The position numbers and the translations under genes were made by a program. Below the pieces are notes generated by a model. The model worked only from the letters and a program-made list of their open reading frames with translations, searched no databases and was not told the DNA's origin. From positions 1 to 64,000 of IMG/VR virus record IMGVR_UViG_3300037116_000299: a stretch of 64,000 nucleotides of DNA. One strand, 5' to 3'. The first letter of the stretch is position 1. Every line of letters begins with the position of its first letter. Below are positions 17,783 to 27,407 of the stretch, piece after piece.

Positions 17783-18476
17783 CGATCTTCCGATCTTTGA
17801 AGTAGGTCTTTACCACATCGGCGACGACTTCCTTCTGGGCTACCACCAGGTCCTTCTCGTGCGTGTTGGTGATCGCGCGGCCGAGCTGCGTGAGCGCGAA
17901 GGCGTCGGCGATGTTGTTGTCGTCGAAGTCCGCGCCGTAGCGTTTGAAGACTTCCTTGAGCACGATGTCCTTCTGAGCGCCGCCTTTGCCGGTGATGAAC
18001 TTCTTCACCTGCGTGGGTGGGACCTCGATGTACGGGATCTTCTCGTCCCAGAGCGCCAGGCGCGTGACGCCGCCCAGCTCCCCGAGCGAGATGCCGCTCG
18101 AGCCCTTGGCGCCGAAGGCATAGCCCTCGATGAGGACCAGGCACGCGATCCGTGGCGGAGCGCAGTTCGCGTCCTCGGGTCGAACTCCGTACCGCGCCAT
18201 GGAAAGAACGTGTTCCCGCAGCCAGACCAGGCGCTTCATACCCAGGATCTGGACCACCTTCTTACTCTTGTTGGGATTGGGCTCGAAGACACCCTGGGTG
18301 GTCTCGCCGGTCTTGAGGTTGGTGAGACACCAGCCAGTGTGTTCGAGGGACATGTCGAGGCCCAGGATGTGCTCTGGGGCCGACAGATAGACGGGTGTGG
18401 CAGCCGTGGGCTTGTTGAGTCCAGCAATGCTGGGCATCTTGACCTTCGGTGCTTTCATCGTGGGTGCGGTTGTCAT
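17772..18476 (-). CDS. ruvC: RuvC-like Holliday junction resolvase
   Basis: ILGLDMSLEHTG, LIEGY, ELGGV, PTQVKKFITGKGGAQK, DDNNIADA. Confidence 0.85.
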   Translation of the reverse strand: MTTAPTMKAPKVKMPSIAGLNKPTAATPVYLSAPEHILGLDMSLEHTGWCLTNLKTGETTQGVFEPNPNKSKKVVQILGMKRLVWLREHVLSMARYGVRPEDANCAPPRIACLVLIEGYAFGAKGSSGISLGELGGVTRLALWDEKIPYIEVPPTQVKKFITGKGGAQKDIVLKEVFKRYGADFDDNNIADAFALTQLGRAITNTHEKDLVVAQKEVVADVVKTYFKDRKIDVA

Positions 18477-18937
18477 ACTTCGAACAGATCCTTCCCTTGC
18501 TTCTTCTGGTCCGCCGCGATCGATTCGATCCGCTGCTTGACTCCGGACTTGGCTTCGAGCAGGATTCGGCCAATCTCTTCAACGTCAGCTTTGTAGTAGG
18601 CCAGGGACACAACCCATTCCCCAGTGGAGAGCAGCTTCGGACGCTGCGCCAACGGGATGTCGGTGAAGCGACGTTTCATGCTCTCGAAGATGTTGTACAG
18701 ATCCCTGGTCAGCGGATTCTTCAGCGAGTCCGCCTGCATGATAGCCACCAGGCACTTGAACTCGACGACCGTGAACGGGATCCGGTAGCTGTACCGGGTC
18801 GGCATCTTGACGACGCCGGCGACCGGGTGCATCCAATCGCGATCGGAGAAGATCTCGCCACGCTCGTAGTGCCGAAACCAGTCGACGATCTTCGCCAACA
18901 GGGTGTCGCACGCAGGTCGAAACCAGAGAGGTCCCAT
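18473..18937 (-). CDS. hypothetical protein
   Basis: Coupled overlaps at both ends. Confidence 0.7.
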   Translation of the reverse strand: MGPLWFRPACDTLLAKIVDWFRHYERGEIFSDRDWMHPVAGVVKMPTRYSYRIPFTVVEFKCLVAIMQADSLKNPLTRDLYNIFESMKRRFTDIPLAQRPKLLSTGEWVVSLAYYKADVEEIGRILLEAKSGVKQRIESIAADQKKQGKDLFEV

Positions 18938-19143
18938 TAGCGCCCCTGCCTGCCGAGTATCTCGCTGCTGAGACTGCCGTTAGAACGGCCATACTTGGGG
19001 TTGATTACGGTAGGTGTGAGCCCGCCTTCGAACTGCCCCATCTTGCCGATGCCTTTGACGTTGCGCGCCGGCGCCTTGATGGGAGCTGACGGCACCTTCC
19101 CGCCACGCATCTTCGGTCCTCGCAGTGCCAGTTTCTTTGCCAT
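18937..19143 (-). CDS. small basic hypothetical protein
   Basis: SD present; K/G-rich. Confidence 0.55.
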   Translation of the reverse strand: MAKKLALRGPKMRGGKVPSAPIKAPARNVKGIGKMGQFEGGLTPTVINPKYGRSNGSLSSEILGRQGR

Positions 19144-19158
19144 GTGACTTCCCTTTCG

Positions 19159-20073
19159 TTACCAGTTGCGATCCTCAAAGAGGATCTGTTGTTCGATTGC
19201 AGGCCTGGGCTGGACGGGATTCAATGCGTCCCGCGCTTCCTTCTCAACCAGGCCGCGAAAGATACGATCAAATGTCGATGCGGACATGGGTTCAATTCCC
19301 TGCCAGTTGATCCCCTTCATCGTGACTGTGTTCGCCGTAACGGTACCTCCTGGCCGGTAGTCATACGCGTCGAAGAAGTGAACGACACCTGGCTCGATGC
19401 GGTCATCAGCGACGATGCGCATGACTGCGCCTTCGACGTTGACCTGGCCGATCTCTTGAGGAGGCCGTTCAATTCCCGGCCGTGGGCGCGGGATGCCTGT
19501 ACCAGGAGGCCAGCAACCTTCCAGGGCAGGACCTTCATGGCGCACAAACCGTTCTTCATAGCCGGTCCCTTTGCATTCAGGGCAATCATGACTATCCTCG
19601 CCAGGGGTTCCATCCCACTGACCTGGTGTCCCCGGAATGAGGCCAGCCTGACAATGCATGCAAGGACGTGAGTAGTCTCTCGACGGACGCTGTACGGACG
19701 GCCCCTCTGGATCTACCCGAGGAGGGTCATTCAACATCTCAACGAAGGCGTTGGGAATCAGGAATCCATTGGGGTCGTACTGTGGCCGAGGCCCTCCAAA
19801 TAGTGTGGTCGGCACCAGCGTATTGGTCATCTCCCGGTCCAGAATCTCGCGCAAACGCCGGCTGAACTGGTTACTCTCTTCCGGAGTAAGGTCGACACTC
19901 ACCGATCCCGAAGCTCCTCCGTTGAACCCGTACACCGACTCGATTGAGCGGGACGGTGTGATCTTGAAGTCAGTCACGGTACCCAGCGCGTGCCAGCCGC
20001 CCTCGGCTCCTTGCATACGAGCCATCCATTCGGGCGCCTCTGCCTGGTTCGCCATCTTGATTTCGACAGGCAT
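19159..20073 (-). CDS. mosaic hypothetical protein with CxxC..CxxCxGxG (DnaJ-type) zinc finger
   Basis: CMHC..CPECKGTG; TAATG coupling. Confidence 0.65.
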   Translation of the reverse strand: MPVEIKMANQAEAPEWMARMQGAEGGWHALGTVTDFKITPSRSIESVYGFNGGASGSVSVDLTPEESNQFSRRLREILDREMTNTLVPTTLFGGPRPQYDPNGFLIPNAFVEMLNDPPRVDPEGPSVQRPSRDYSRPCMHCQAGLIPGTPGQWDGTPGEDSHDCPECKGTGYEERFVRHEGPALEGCWPPGTGIPRPRPGIERPPQEIGQVNVEGAVMRIVADDRIEPGVVHFFDAYDYRPGGTVTANTVTMKGINWQGIEPMSASTFDRIFRGLVEKEARDALNPVQPRPAIEQQILFEDRNW

Positions 20074-20435
20074 TACCCTACCCTCTCGTCGTCGAGCAGC
20101 GGATCGTACTCAATCTGCAGCATCTCGCGGCGGTGTTCTTCTGCCAGTTCCTGGTTGGTCTTCACCGGGCGCTGGGCCACCAGGGGAAACCGGGGTGTGA
20201 CCCGTCCTCTACCCAGTACGGCCGAGACGGTATCGACCCCGAACCCGATGTTGCCTTCGAAGATCTGATACCCGCCGCCGCGCATGACCGAATAGTCCAC
20301 GCGGGCGACGAAGTGTTCATGTCCTCCAGGGAAGCCCACATCGAAGCGGGCCACGTCAGAAGAGGTCAGTGCCAGGTGATTTCGCACCGCAACGTAGGCC
20401 TTCTGCCGCATCTCTGGATCCACTGTCCTAGCCAT
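20073..20435 (-). CDS. hypothetical protein
   Basis: In operon; 120 aa. Confidence 0.65.
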   Translation of the reverse strand: MARTVDPEMRQKAYVAVRNHLALTSSDVARFDVGFPGGHEHFVARVDYSVMRGGGYQIFEGNIGFGVDTVSAVLGRGRVTPRFPLVAQRPVKTNQELAEEHRREMLQIEYDPLLDDERVG

Positions 20436-20450
20436 TCTGTTTATCCATGA

Positions 20451-20493
20451 GGTGGCTGATAATCATCCGTGAAGTGGTTGATTATCAGCCGCC
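20451..20493 (-). other. intergenic 15-bp inverted repeat/hairpin
   Basis: GGTGGCTGATAATCA-N13-TGATTATCAGCCGCC. Confidence 0.75.
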
Positions 20494-20496
20494 GTT

Positions 20497-21069
20497 CTAG
20501 CGCAGGTTGGCCAGGGCCTTCTGGTCAACGATGCCCTTCTGTTCGAGGAAGAATGCAAGCGCATCGAAGATGGTCGTGTCTGCGATGTGAGAGAGCCAGT
20601 CTTCATGGGACCGCATAACTGCGACCGTATTCGGATGGCACTTCACCGCGTAGATGTTGATCATCAGCTCGGCCTGTTTCTCGGGTGCCTTCATCAGCCA
20701 CTCGGGATACATCGAAGCGTTCGACTTGTGGCACTGCCCGCACTGCCCTTTGGCGTTGAAGGCGGGGTTCTTGCAGGTGCAGAGGGAGTGCCTGACCAGG
20801 AAAGCATCCATCGTCTCCCGGAAGACCACGTAGAACGTATTGGTCGGGCGGTGACGAACGGTGGCCAGGTGCTCGTAGTAGGTGACGTCCTCGCCTACCG
20901 GAGTGGTCCCGGCGATCTTCGACAGGCGCGAGTCCACTTCATTCGACTGGCGCCTGCCGGTGGCTCCCGGCAGGGGGAAGATCTTGTTGCTTTCGATCTC
21001 CAGCCCTACCAGGAACGCGCGGTTGATATTGCGAACGGGGTCTTTGAACCCCGCGAGGTTGGTGGCCAC
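20497..21069 (-). CDS. hypothetical protein with CxC..CxxC insert
   Basis: In operon; YEHLAT..YVVFRET. Confidence 0.7.
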   Translation of the reverse strand: MATNLAGFKDPVRNINRAFLVGLEIESNKIFPLPGATGRRQSNEVDSRLSKIAGTTPVGEDVTYYEHLATVRHRPTNTFYVVFRETMDAFLVRHSLCTCKNPAFNAKGQCGQCHKSNASMYPEWLMKAPEKQAELMINIYAVKCHPNTVAVMRSHEDWLSHIADTTIFDALAFFLEQKGIVDQKALANLR

Positions 21070-21767
21070 TACGCGCCCCCACCCTGCCGCTGCATGCGCC
21101 CGCGAGCGCCGCCCGGAGCGACGGAGCGTCCGGCCGTCTCAACGTGGCGTGTGCCGTCGTTGGACTGTGTGGAGCCGCTGGCGATGTTGGACCTGCCGCG
21201 GTTCCCGTGGGCAATCGGGAGATCGTGGTTCGCATACGCGCCATCCGGAGGCTGAGGCAGGCTCATGTCGCGCCCGCCGGTCTGCTGCGGCTGCTGTGGC
21301 TGCTCAGCTTCGCCCTCGTCGCCTGAAGCGGGCTCAAGGCCAGCGACCACGTCGACGGTCTCGCCGGCAACGAAGGCATTGAACTGCTCGATCAGGTTGT
21401 TGACGACGCCCAGAAGGTTGTCGTGCTCGGCGGGGCTGACCATGCCCTGGGCCATCAGGTCCAGGCTACGCTGCTTGCTGTAGTCAGCCGCGGCCTGCAA
21501 GGACTCCGCGAACAAAGCGCGTTCGCTGCCAGCTGGTACTGCCGAGTTGAAGCCCGGGGGCAACTGCAGTTCGCCACATACGCAGCGGTAGACCTTCATC
21601 GGCACCGTGCTGATGCCGCGGAACCCGTTGGAGCCCGGGGTGTACATCGAGGCTTGGACCTCGGTGAAGTACACCGATCCGCACTTCCCACAGAAGGCTG
21701 GCTGGTTGACATTGTTGACGGCGGCAGCGACCCTTTGGGCGCTAGTCGTTACTCGGGGCTTGATCAT
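21069..21767 (-). CDS. zinc-ribbon protein with disordered C-terminus
   Basis: CGKCGS..CVCG; GAGGAG SD before ATG 21767. Confidence 0.7.
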   Translation of the reverse strand: MIKPRVTTSAQRVAAAVNNVNQPAFCGKCGSVYFTEVQASMYTPGSNGFRGISTVPMKVYRCVCGELQLPPGFNSAVPAGSERALFAESLQAAADYSKQRSLDLMAQGMVSPAEHDNLLGVVNNLIEQFNAFVAGETVDVVAGLEPASGDEGEAEQPQQPQQTGGRDMSLPQPPDGAYANHDLPIAHGNRGRSNIASGSTQSNDGTRHVETAGRSVAPGGARGRMQRQGGGA

Positions 21768-21957
21768 TCGACTCCTCTTCCACTTGCTTCTTGGTTTTGC
21801 CACAGATCAGGCATACGGCACGGTCTCCGTACTTGTGTTCATGCGGCCGGTGATCTTCAATTGCCATGTCGGTGATGCGGAACCGGATCGCTCCGGTCTT
21901 CGGATCTGCTATCTTCAGCACCTCTTCGCAGTCCGACCCAACGTAAATCTCATCCAC
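21742..21957 (-). CDS. small Zn-binding protein (HEH..CLIC)
   Basis: GGAGG SD before GTG. Confidence 0.55.
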   Translation of the reverse strand: MDEIYVGSDCEEVLKIADPKTGAIRFRITDMAIEDHRPHEHKYGDRAVCLICGKTKKQVEEESNDQAPSND

Positions 21958-22636
21958 GGAACACCTCCCGACAGGTCTTGAGAGCGCAGCGGTCGCAATG
22001 GTTGCCGGCCACCGGATACTTCGGCATCTCAACGGTCTTCAGTATTGCCGAGACCCACTTTGCTACCAAAGCCACGTCCACTTGTTTCCGTTCCCAGGCG
22101 GTCCCCTCCAACAGCGGCAGGTGATAAATCCCTACCTCGGTGGCAGTCGTAGACCGCATCACGTGGAGATATCGCAGCATCTCCAGGACGTCCGGGCACT
22201 GATGGAACTTCGGCCGACGGCTGTGCACCATCAGGAGCAGCGGCTTCTTGTACCCGGACCGGCTGCGGCCGCGGCGCTGGACCATGGCGTACTGGCCCAG
22301 GACCGTCTGACCGTCGATGAGCATCTCGTACGATGTCACTGGGATCAGAGGTTCGAAGAGCTGCAGGAACATGTAGATCCGCTTCGCCGCCGTGTTGCCA
22401 TTGCGCACGGCCTGGTAGAAGAGCGCGTCCTTGACCCCCGATGGATCCTGTTGCTGCCAGAACCACAGGAACTTCGAGCGCAGGTTAGGCACCGGCACAA
22501 GGCGGCCGTTGAAGGCCTCCAGGAGCGCCCACTGCATGAGCCTCTCGGCACAGGCAGCAGGGTCCCGCAGCGTGTCGACAGGGCTCAGCAATGGGCAGGT
22601 CAGATGGTCAGCCAGGACCTTCTCGGAGAGGGCCAT
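21950..22636 (-). CDS. degenerate Cas4/AddB-like PD-(D/E)XK-fold protein
   Basis: N-terminal TCP and C-terminal GNHCDRC..C; catalytic D..ExK not evident. Confidence 0.55.
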   Translation of the reverse strand: MALSEKVLADHLTCPLLSPVDTLRDPAACAERLMQWALLEAFNGRLVPVPNLRSKFLWFWQQQDPSGVKDALFYQAVRNGNTAAKRIYMFLQLFEPLIPVTSYEMLIDGQTVLGQYAMVQRRGRSRSGYKKPLLLMVHSRRPKFHQCPDVLEMLRYLHVMRSTTATEVGIYHLPLLEGTAWERKQVDVALVAKWVSAILKTVEMPKYPVAGNHCDRCALKTCREVFRG

Positions 22637-23229
22637 CAGGCGGCCGCTTGATCCAGGACAGGAACCCGGTAACTGCGGGCGGCGATCTCATCCAAGGTCG
22701 GAAGCACGGGTGCCCGTTCCTCGTACGACACCCTGAAGGCATTGGGGTGTACCGGCAGTTCGCGGGCAGTTCCCTTCCCGTCCGGAAGCGTCGCAGCTGC
22801 GATCGTGATGGCATGCTCCAGGTTGTCGACCGTCCAGCCGGCGCACTCCCGCACCATCGCATGGTTGTGCAGGTTGCCCTTTTCTATGATCAGGATGATG
22901 GGAATGTTGTTGGCATTGGCCCAGCCGATCTCAATCATGGTGCCGATCGAGACCCGTGTGGCCCCAAGCAGGTTCATGATGATCAGATCGGAACGGGTGC
23001 AGTCCATCCGGTCCCGCGTGGTGATGCCCTTGGCTGTGGTCAGAGGGTCATCTTCGTAGGTGTCCTCGATGATGCCGACCCTGGCGAGCCGAACATCCTT
23101 GGCGCGCAGAGGCGAGATCGCCTGGAACTCCTTCGGCAGGGCCTGGGCGACATACTCCCGCCAGTCCTGCCCTTGGTCATAGGTCAGGCCCGTAATCGGG
23201 CCCGCCAGGTAAACGAGAAAGTCGCGCAA
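22636..23229 (-). CDS. nucleoside 2-deoxyribosyltransferase / nucleotide N-hydrolase-like protein
   Basis: VYLAGPI..WRE..SPLR..RD..SD..SIGTMIEIGWA. Confidence 0.85.
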   Translation of the reverse strand: MRDFLVYLAGPITGLTYDQGQDWREYVAQALPKEFQAISPLRAKDVRLARVGIIEDTYEDDPLTTAKGITTRDRMDCTRSDLIIMNLLGATRVSIGTMIEIGWANANNIPIILIIEKGNLHNHAMVRECAGWTVDNLEHAITIAAATLPDGKGTARELPVHPNAFRVSYEERAPVLPTLDEIAARSYRVPVLDQAAA

Positions 23230-23616
23230 CTAAACCCTCCATCCTGCAGCCGGAGCTTCTGTCTCGGCCTGTACTGCATCTGCCACGACGACCTGGGCAG
23301 GTTCCTCGATGACCAGAGCCACCGGCTCTGCCACCACAACTTCACCGACGGCGGCGATCTCCACGGCGGGTTCCGCCGGCAGATCCACTTCACCGGCGGC
23401 CGGCAACTGGATCTCGAGGCCGGTCTCGTCGAAACGAGTCTCGAGCGGGTACGAGATGATGTTCTCGGCCCTATGACCGGTCACCTTCACGAATGCCGCT
23501 TCCATGCCCAGCTCAACCACCATGTCTTCGGGGACTAAGACCTGGTTGCCGGTCCCCGTATACTCTCCGCCTGCAAACGACGGATCGAATTCCACCTTAT
23601 AGTTCAGGTTCTTCAT
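23230..23616 (-). CDS. hypothetical protein with acidic/Ala-Val-rich tail
   Basis: ATGA coupling to the upstream gene. Confidence 0.65.
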   Translation of the reverse strand: MKNLNYKVEFDPSFAGGEYTGTGNQVLVPEDMVVELGMEAAFVKVTGHRAENIISYPLETRFDETGLEIQLPAAGEVDLPAEPAVEIAAVGEVVVAEPVALVIEEPAQVVVADAVQAETEAPAAGWRV

Positions 23617-24467
23617 GACTTGCTCTCCATTAGCGGGTGGCGAATGCTGTCCCGCACTTCCAACCCGCAGGGTGTCTTCTTCGTTCCGAAGAAGTGATCA
23701 GGAAAGGGCCTGACCAGCCATGGCACGTAGAGCGCGCCGTTGATCCGGGAGACATCGACCATTTGGGGATCGATATCGCAGCCGTACAGCCTGAGCGAGT
23801 AGTTCGAGGCGTGCAACAGCATGCGGCCGGTGCCTACACACGGATCGCATACCGTCTGCGACCTCGACACCTCCTGAGGAATGCCAGTGAAGTTCATCTG
23901 AACCATGAAATCCACCACCTCATGCGGCGTGGGAAAGAAAGCGTTGGGGTTCCAGGAACCCTTGTGGCCGGCGATCCAGGATCCGAAGTAGTCGTACGGT
24001 TCGAGCAGGAATGGTCCCAGGTTGAAGGTCCGATACAGGAACTCCTGGACATCCTCCGCCAGCGCCGGCACGGCCTTGTTCAACCCAAAGCCCCAGAGCA
24101 ACCAGTCCAGAAACGTCTGCACCGGACTGGTCACCTGGTTCGCCAGGCGGTTGATGATCACATCGAGCTGCTTGTAGGCAGCTGTCCGATCGACACCGCC
24201 TGTAGGGCCAAACCTGACCTGTGGAATAGGATCGGCCAATATGCGTCCGGCTTCCATACAGCGAAACCAGTAGGTCCACCGGCCGGTCGCATCAGGATGG
24301 GTGTCCGACAGCATAAGGTAGTAGGCCAGCCATCCGCGGTACGTCCAGGGCTTGCGGGCGTCCTCGATCAGAGGGACTCGCCCGCGCGCCTTCACGAACT
24401 GCGACCACTCGCAGTCCTTGATCGGAATCACCAGGTCAAATAACGAAGGTTGTGTTGCTGTAGCCAT
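23613..24467 (-). CDS. N6-MTase-like protein, SAM-binding part only
   Basis: FFPTPHEVV, VCDPCVGTGRML, YGCDID; no NPPF/Y. Confidence 0.75.
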   Translation of the reverse strand: MATATQPSLFDLVIPIKDCEWSQFVKARGRVPLIEDARKPWTYRGWLAYYLMLSDTHPDATGRWTYWFRCMEAGRILADPIPQVRFGPTGGVDRTAAYKQLDVIINRLANQVTSPVQTFLDWLLWGFGLNKAVPALAEDVQEFLYRTFNLGPFLLEPYDYFGSWIAGHKGSWNPNAFFPTPHEVVDFMVQMNFTGIPQEVSRSQTVCDPCVGTGRMLLHASNYSLRLYGCDIDPQMVDVSRINGALYVPWLVRPFPDHFFGTKKTPCGLEVRDSIRHPLMESKS

Positions 24468-24474
24468 TAGGCTC

Positions 24475-24795
24475 CTAAGTCAGTTCTGCACGAACTGTGC
24501 GCAATTGGTTCTGCCAACCCGGCCGCATCTCCACATCTTCGAAGGTGCAGCTGGGCTGGGTTGAAGCGCGGCCTTGCTTGCGCTTTCGGTTGGGGTTCTT
24601 ATGCACCTCACGCTTGACCCCGAGAAGAGATCTCAGGTTCGACAGCGCGTTGTGCCAGGCGTAGTAGTCCGAGGGAGTTGCTGAGATCACATAGGTCTGG
24701 CCGTTGGACAGCCGGTAGACCATGTGGCACGCTGACCGGACCAGGACTGCTCCGTCACGAGCGAGCAGAGACGTCACTTCATCCTTGGCGTTCAT
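24475..24795 (-). CDS. HicA-like (dsRBD-fold) protein
   Basis: LLARDGAVLVRSACHMVYR..TPSD..N. Confidence 0.55.
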   Translation of the reverse strand: MNAKDEVTSLLARDGAVLVRSACHMVYRLSNGQTYVISATPSDYYAWHNALSNLRSLLGVKREVHKNPNRKRKQGRASTQPSCTFEDVEMRPGWQNQLRTVRAELT

Positions 24796-27404
24796 CCGCG
24801 CGTCAACCTTGCGCGATGAGGCGCCCTGGAGTCGCGATCGGAACGAGCTGTAGCCAGCTCGGCCGCGGCCGCGATCTCGGTGTCCTTATACTGCTGTTGT
24901 TCCGAGTCGGGGCACTCGGTCATCTTCCCGGAGAGGTTCTCCAGGCGGTAGAAGATCGAACCCGTCTTGCCGCTGACCTTGTTCTTGTCGACCAAGATCT
25001 CGATCACCGGCTTGCGGATATGCACGCGCGACTGACACCCGTCAGGATTCGTGCGTGTCTCCATGAACTCCGAACTCTCCCACCATAGGTGGATGTTCTC
25101 CGGAGCGCTCGACCAATCCTGCAGTTGGTTGTAGACGCCCACGTTGGCCTTGGCATCGAACGACAACCCACGCGAACCCTTGAGGTTCAGGTAGCTGGGT
25201 TTGACGCCCGCTTTCATGGTCTCGCTGGGGATCTCCATCGTGAAGATGGCCGTGGTGCGCAGCGAGGCGATGATCTCCTCGTTGACGTACCGCGACATGG
25301 CCCGGATGTACGACTCGCCAGTCTCGTTCGAGGTCAGGCTGTACAGATGGAAGTTGTCCCCGATGACAATGAGGACCCGGTCTTCGTACTTGCGGCGAAG
25401 ATCCTGGACCACTGCCTTGAGGCATTCCAGCGTACCGGGGACGATCGACGGATCGACAACGATCAGCCGACCTTCCTCGTGCATGCGGCGATACCAGGAC
25501 TTGGCAGCGTAGTAGCGCTCGTGGAAGTTCTCCGGTGCGTCCTGCTGCCCCTGCGGATCGGTCAGGTAGTAACCCGGCCGGCGGAAGCAGTCACTCGGCA
25601 TGCCCGTCTTGGCGCCCAGCAGCCGATTGATCCGGTCATTCATCGAGTCGTCCACGGTGTGCAGAAGGATCTGCACCTCGGGGTTGTTCTCGAGGAGACC
25701 GATGATCATGTTATCGAGCCAGATGCTCTTGCCGTGATGGGGCTTGCCGGGCAGACTGAACAGCGAACCGTACCGCGGGATGCCGCCAAAGATGGCATCG
25801 AAGCGGGGAAACCCGGTCCGCAACTCAAACTGCGTGACGTTCTTCTCCTTATGGTCGAACAACAGGTCGATGGTCTTGAGGACCGACTCCAGGTTGAATC
25901 CGACCTTGCGCTTGTTGAGAGATTCCAGCTGCGTTGCGGCGGCGTGGAGGTGGGCCTCAATCTTCGATGGATCCTGACGAACCTTCTTCATCAGGTTGTC
26001 GGCGATCAGGCAGCGCTCCTCTTCGAGCCGTGCGTCGTCGGCGTCCATCAGCCGCAGGACTTCGCGCAGCACGAACTCCTCGTTGGTGTTGGTAATGCGG
26101 GCCAGCTCCTTCGCGCGCTTCATGCGGACGACGTTCGAAGGCTCGTTGACGATCAAAGGCAACGTGGATTCACAGATGGTGAACGCATCCTCGCCGCTCT
26201 CAACCCGCTGTTTCAGGCTCCAGGTGAACAGATCCAGGCGGTCCAGCTTGCGCCAGGCCTCCACACCCGCTTCGAGGGTCGAGTAACTACGGACAAACTC
26301 GTCCGGATCCTTGATCCCTACCGGGGTGGTTGTCACTTCCAGGCGAAGCCCGACGTTGCCGCCAGCCTCCTCGACCATCTTGACGACCCGTTCAGTTCCC
26401 TTCTTGCCCGCCTTGTCGTTGTCCATGCCGACGATGATGTGTTTCTTGCCCATTCCGGTCAGCAGCAGGAGGTGCTCGCGCGTGAAGGCAGTTCCCAGGG
26501 TGGAAACCACTCCCAGGTCTCCGCCGCCGTACAGGCTGACGCAGTCCGGGTTGCCTTCGACCACTGTGATCGGGCCGTCGTACTTCTTCGCCAGGTCCAG
26601 GTTGTAGAGCACGGTCTTCTTATCGAAGAGGGTTCCCTCTTCCCGGGTGTGGATGTACTTCTTCGGCTCGTACTTGCGTGTGCCGGCCTCAAACTCCTTG
26701 ATCTGCTCGGCATACTTCAGGTTGCGGGCCGAGAAGCCCACCACCGTTCCGTTGATGTCGCGGACGGTGTAGATCAACGCGCTCGGAGAGAAGATCCGGC
26801 TGGCGTTGTAGTGGTTATTCTGGGGATCATCGGCCAGGTCGCAGGACTTCAGGAATTCCAGCGAGTGTTTGTACTGCACGGTCATCCGGTGCAGGAAGTC
26901 CTCGTTCGAGAGGACTCCGCCGATGCCCAGCTTGTAGCGCAGCGACTGCGGCCAGCGATAGTTGCCCACTGAGTCCTGCACCACCTGAGGCAGCTCCACG
27001 TCCTTGAGGTGGCGGATGATCTGGCTGGCATGAGAGTAGGCGCTGATGACTTCCATCTCGCGCAGCTCTTCCGTGCTCAGGTCGGGCGCATCGAAGGCGA
27101 TGCCAAACCGGTCGGCCAGGTACTTGACCGTCTCGGTCACCCAGCCCGGGCCCGCGGAGGGTCGGCCTTCAAGCCATACGCATAGGTCAAAGATGTCGAA
27201 CGACGTGCTGCAGGAGAAGCACCAACCGCGGCTGCCCTGACGAATCAGGCAGGCCGACGGGTGCTTGTCCGGATGGTCCGGATTCGGGCACGTGAACTTC
27301 TTGCCAATGTCGTATCCGAACGAGGTCAGATACTGCGCGACGTACTGCGGTTCTTTGAGCTGCGCGATGCCCTGATCGAATGCCTGTCTGCTGGTGGTGC
27401 TCAT
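24792..27404 (-). CDS. DnaG-type primase fused to DnaB-like helicase
   Basis: Zn finger CPNPDH..CFSC; VVGFSAR; KYI; Toprim VEGNPD/MDND; Walker A GKPHHGKS. Confidence 0.9.
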   Translation of the reverse strand: MSTTSRQAFDQGIAQLKEPQYVAQYLTSFGYDIGKKFTCPNPDHPDKHPSACLIRQGSRGWCFSCSTSFDIFDLCVWLEGRPSAGPGWVTETVKYLADRFGIAFDAPDLSTEELREMEVISAYSHASQIIRHLKDVELPQVVQDSVGNYRWPQSLRYKLGIGGVLSNEDFLHRMTVQYKHSLEFLKSCDLADDPQNNHYNASRIFSPSALIYTVRDINGTVVGFSARNLKYAEQIKEFEAGTRKYEPKKYIHTREEGTLFDKKTVLYNLDLAKKYDGPITVVEGNPDCVSLYGGGDLGVVSTLGTAFTREHLLLLTGMGKKHIIVGMDNDKAGKKGTERVVKMVEEAGGNVGLRLEVTTTPVGIKDPDEFVRSYSTLEAGVEAWRKLDRLDLFTWSLKQRVESGEDAFTICESTLPLIVNEPSNVVRMKRAKELARITNTNEEFVLREVLRLMDADDARLEEERCLIADNLMKKVRQDPSKIEAHLHAAATQLESLNKRKVGFNLESVLKTIDLLFDHKEKNVTQFELRTGFPRFDAIFGGIPRYGSLFSLPGKPHHGKSIWLDNMIIGLLENNPEVQILLHTVDDSMNDRINRLLGAKTGMPSDCFRRPGYYLTDPQGQQDAPENFHERYYAAKSWYRRMHEEGRLIVVDPSIVPGTLECLKAVVQDLRRKYEDRVLIVIGDNFHLYSLTSNETGESYIRAMSRYVNEEIIASLRTTAIFTMEIPSETMKAGVKPSYLNLKGSRGLSFDAKANVGVYNQLQDWSSAPENIHLWWESSEFMETRTNPDGCQSRVHIRKPVIEILVDKNKVSGKTGSIFYRLENLSGKMTECPDSEQQQYKDTEIAAAAELATARSDRDSRAPHRARLTRG

Positions 27405-27407
27405 TCG

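Noticed and set aside
25089-26972. Long plus-strand ORFs (also 39106-40794, 49889-51007, 30040-31254, 62141-63319)
   Set aside because: Antisense shadows of motif-bearing minus-strand genes in GC-rich DNA; no motifs of their own.
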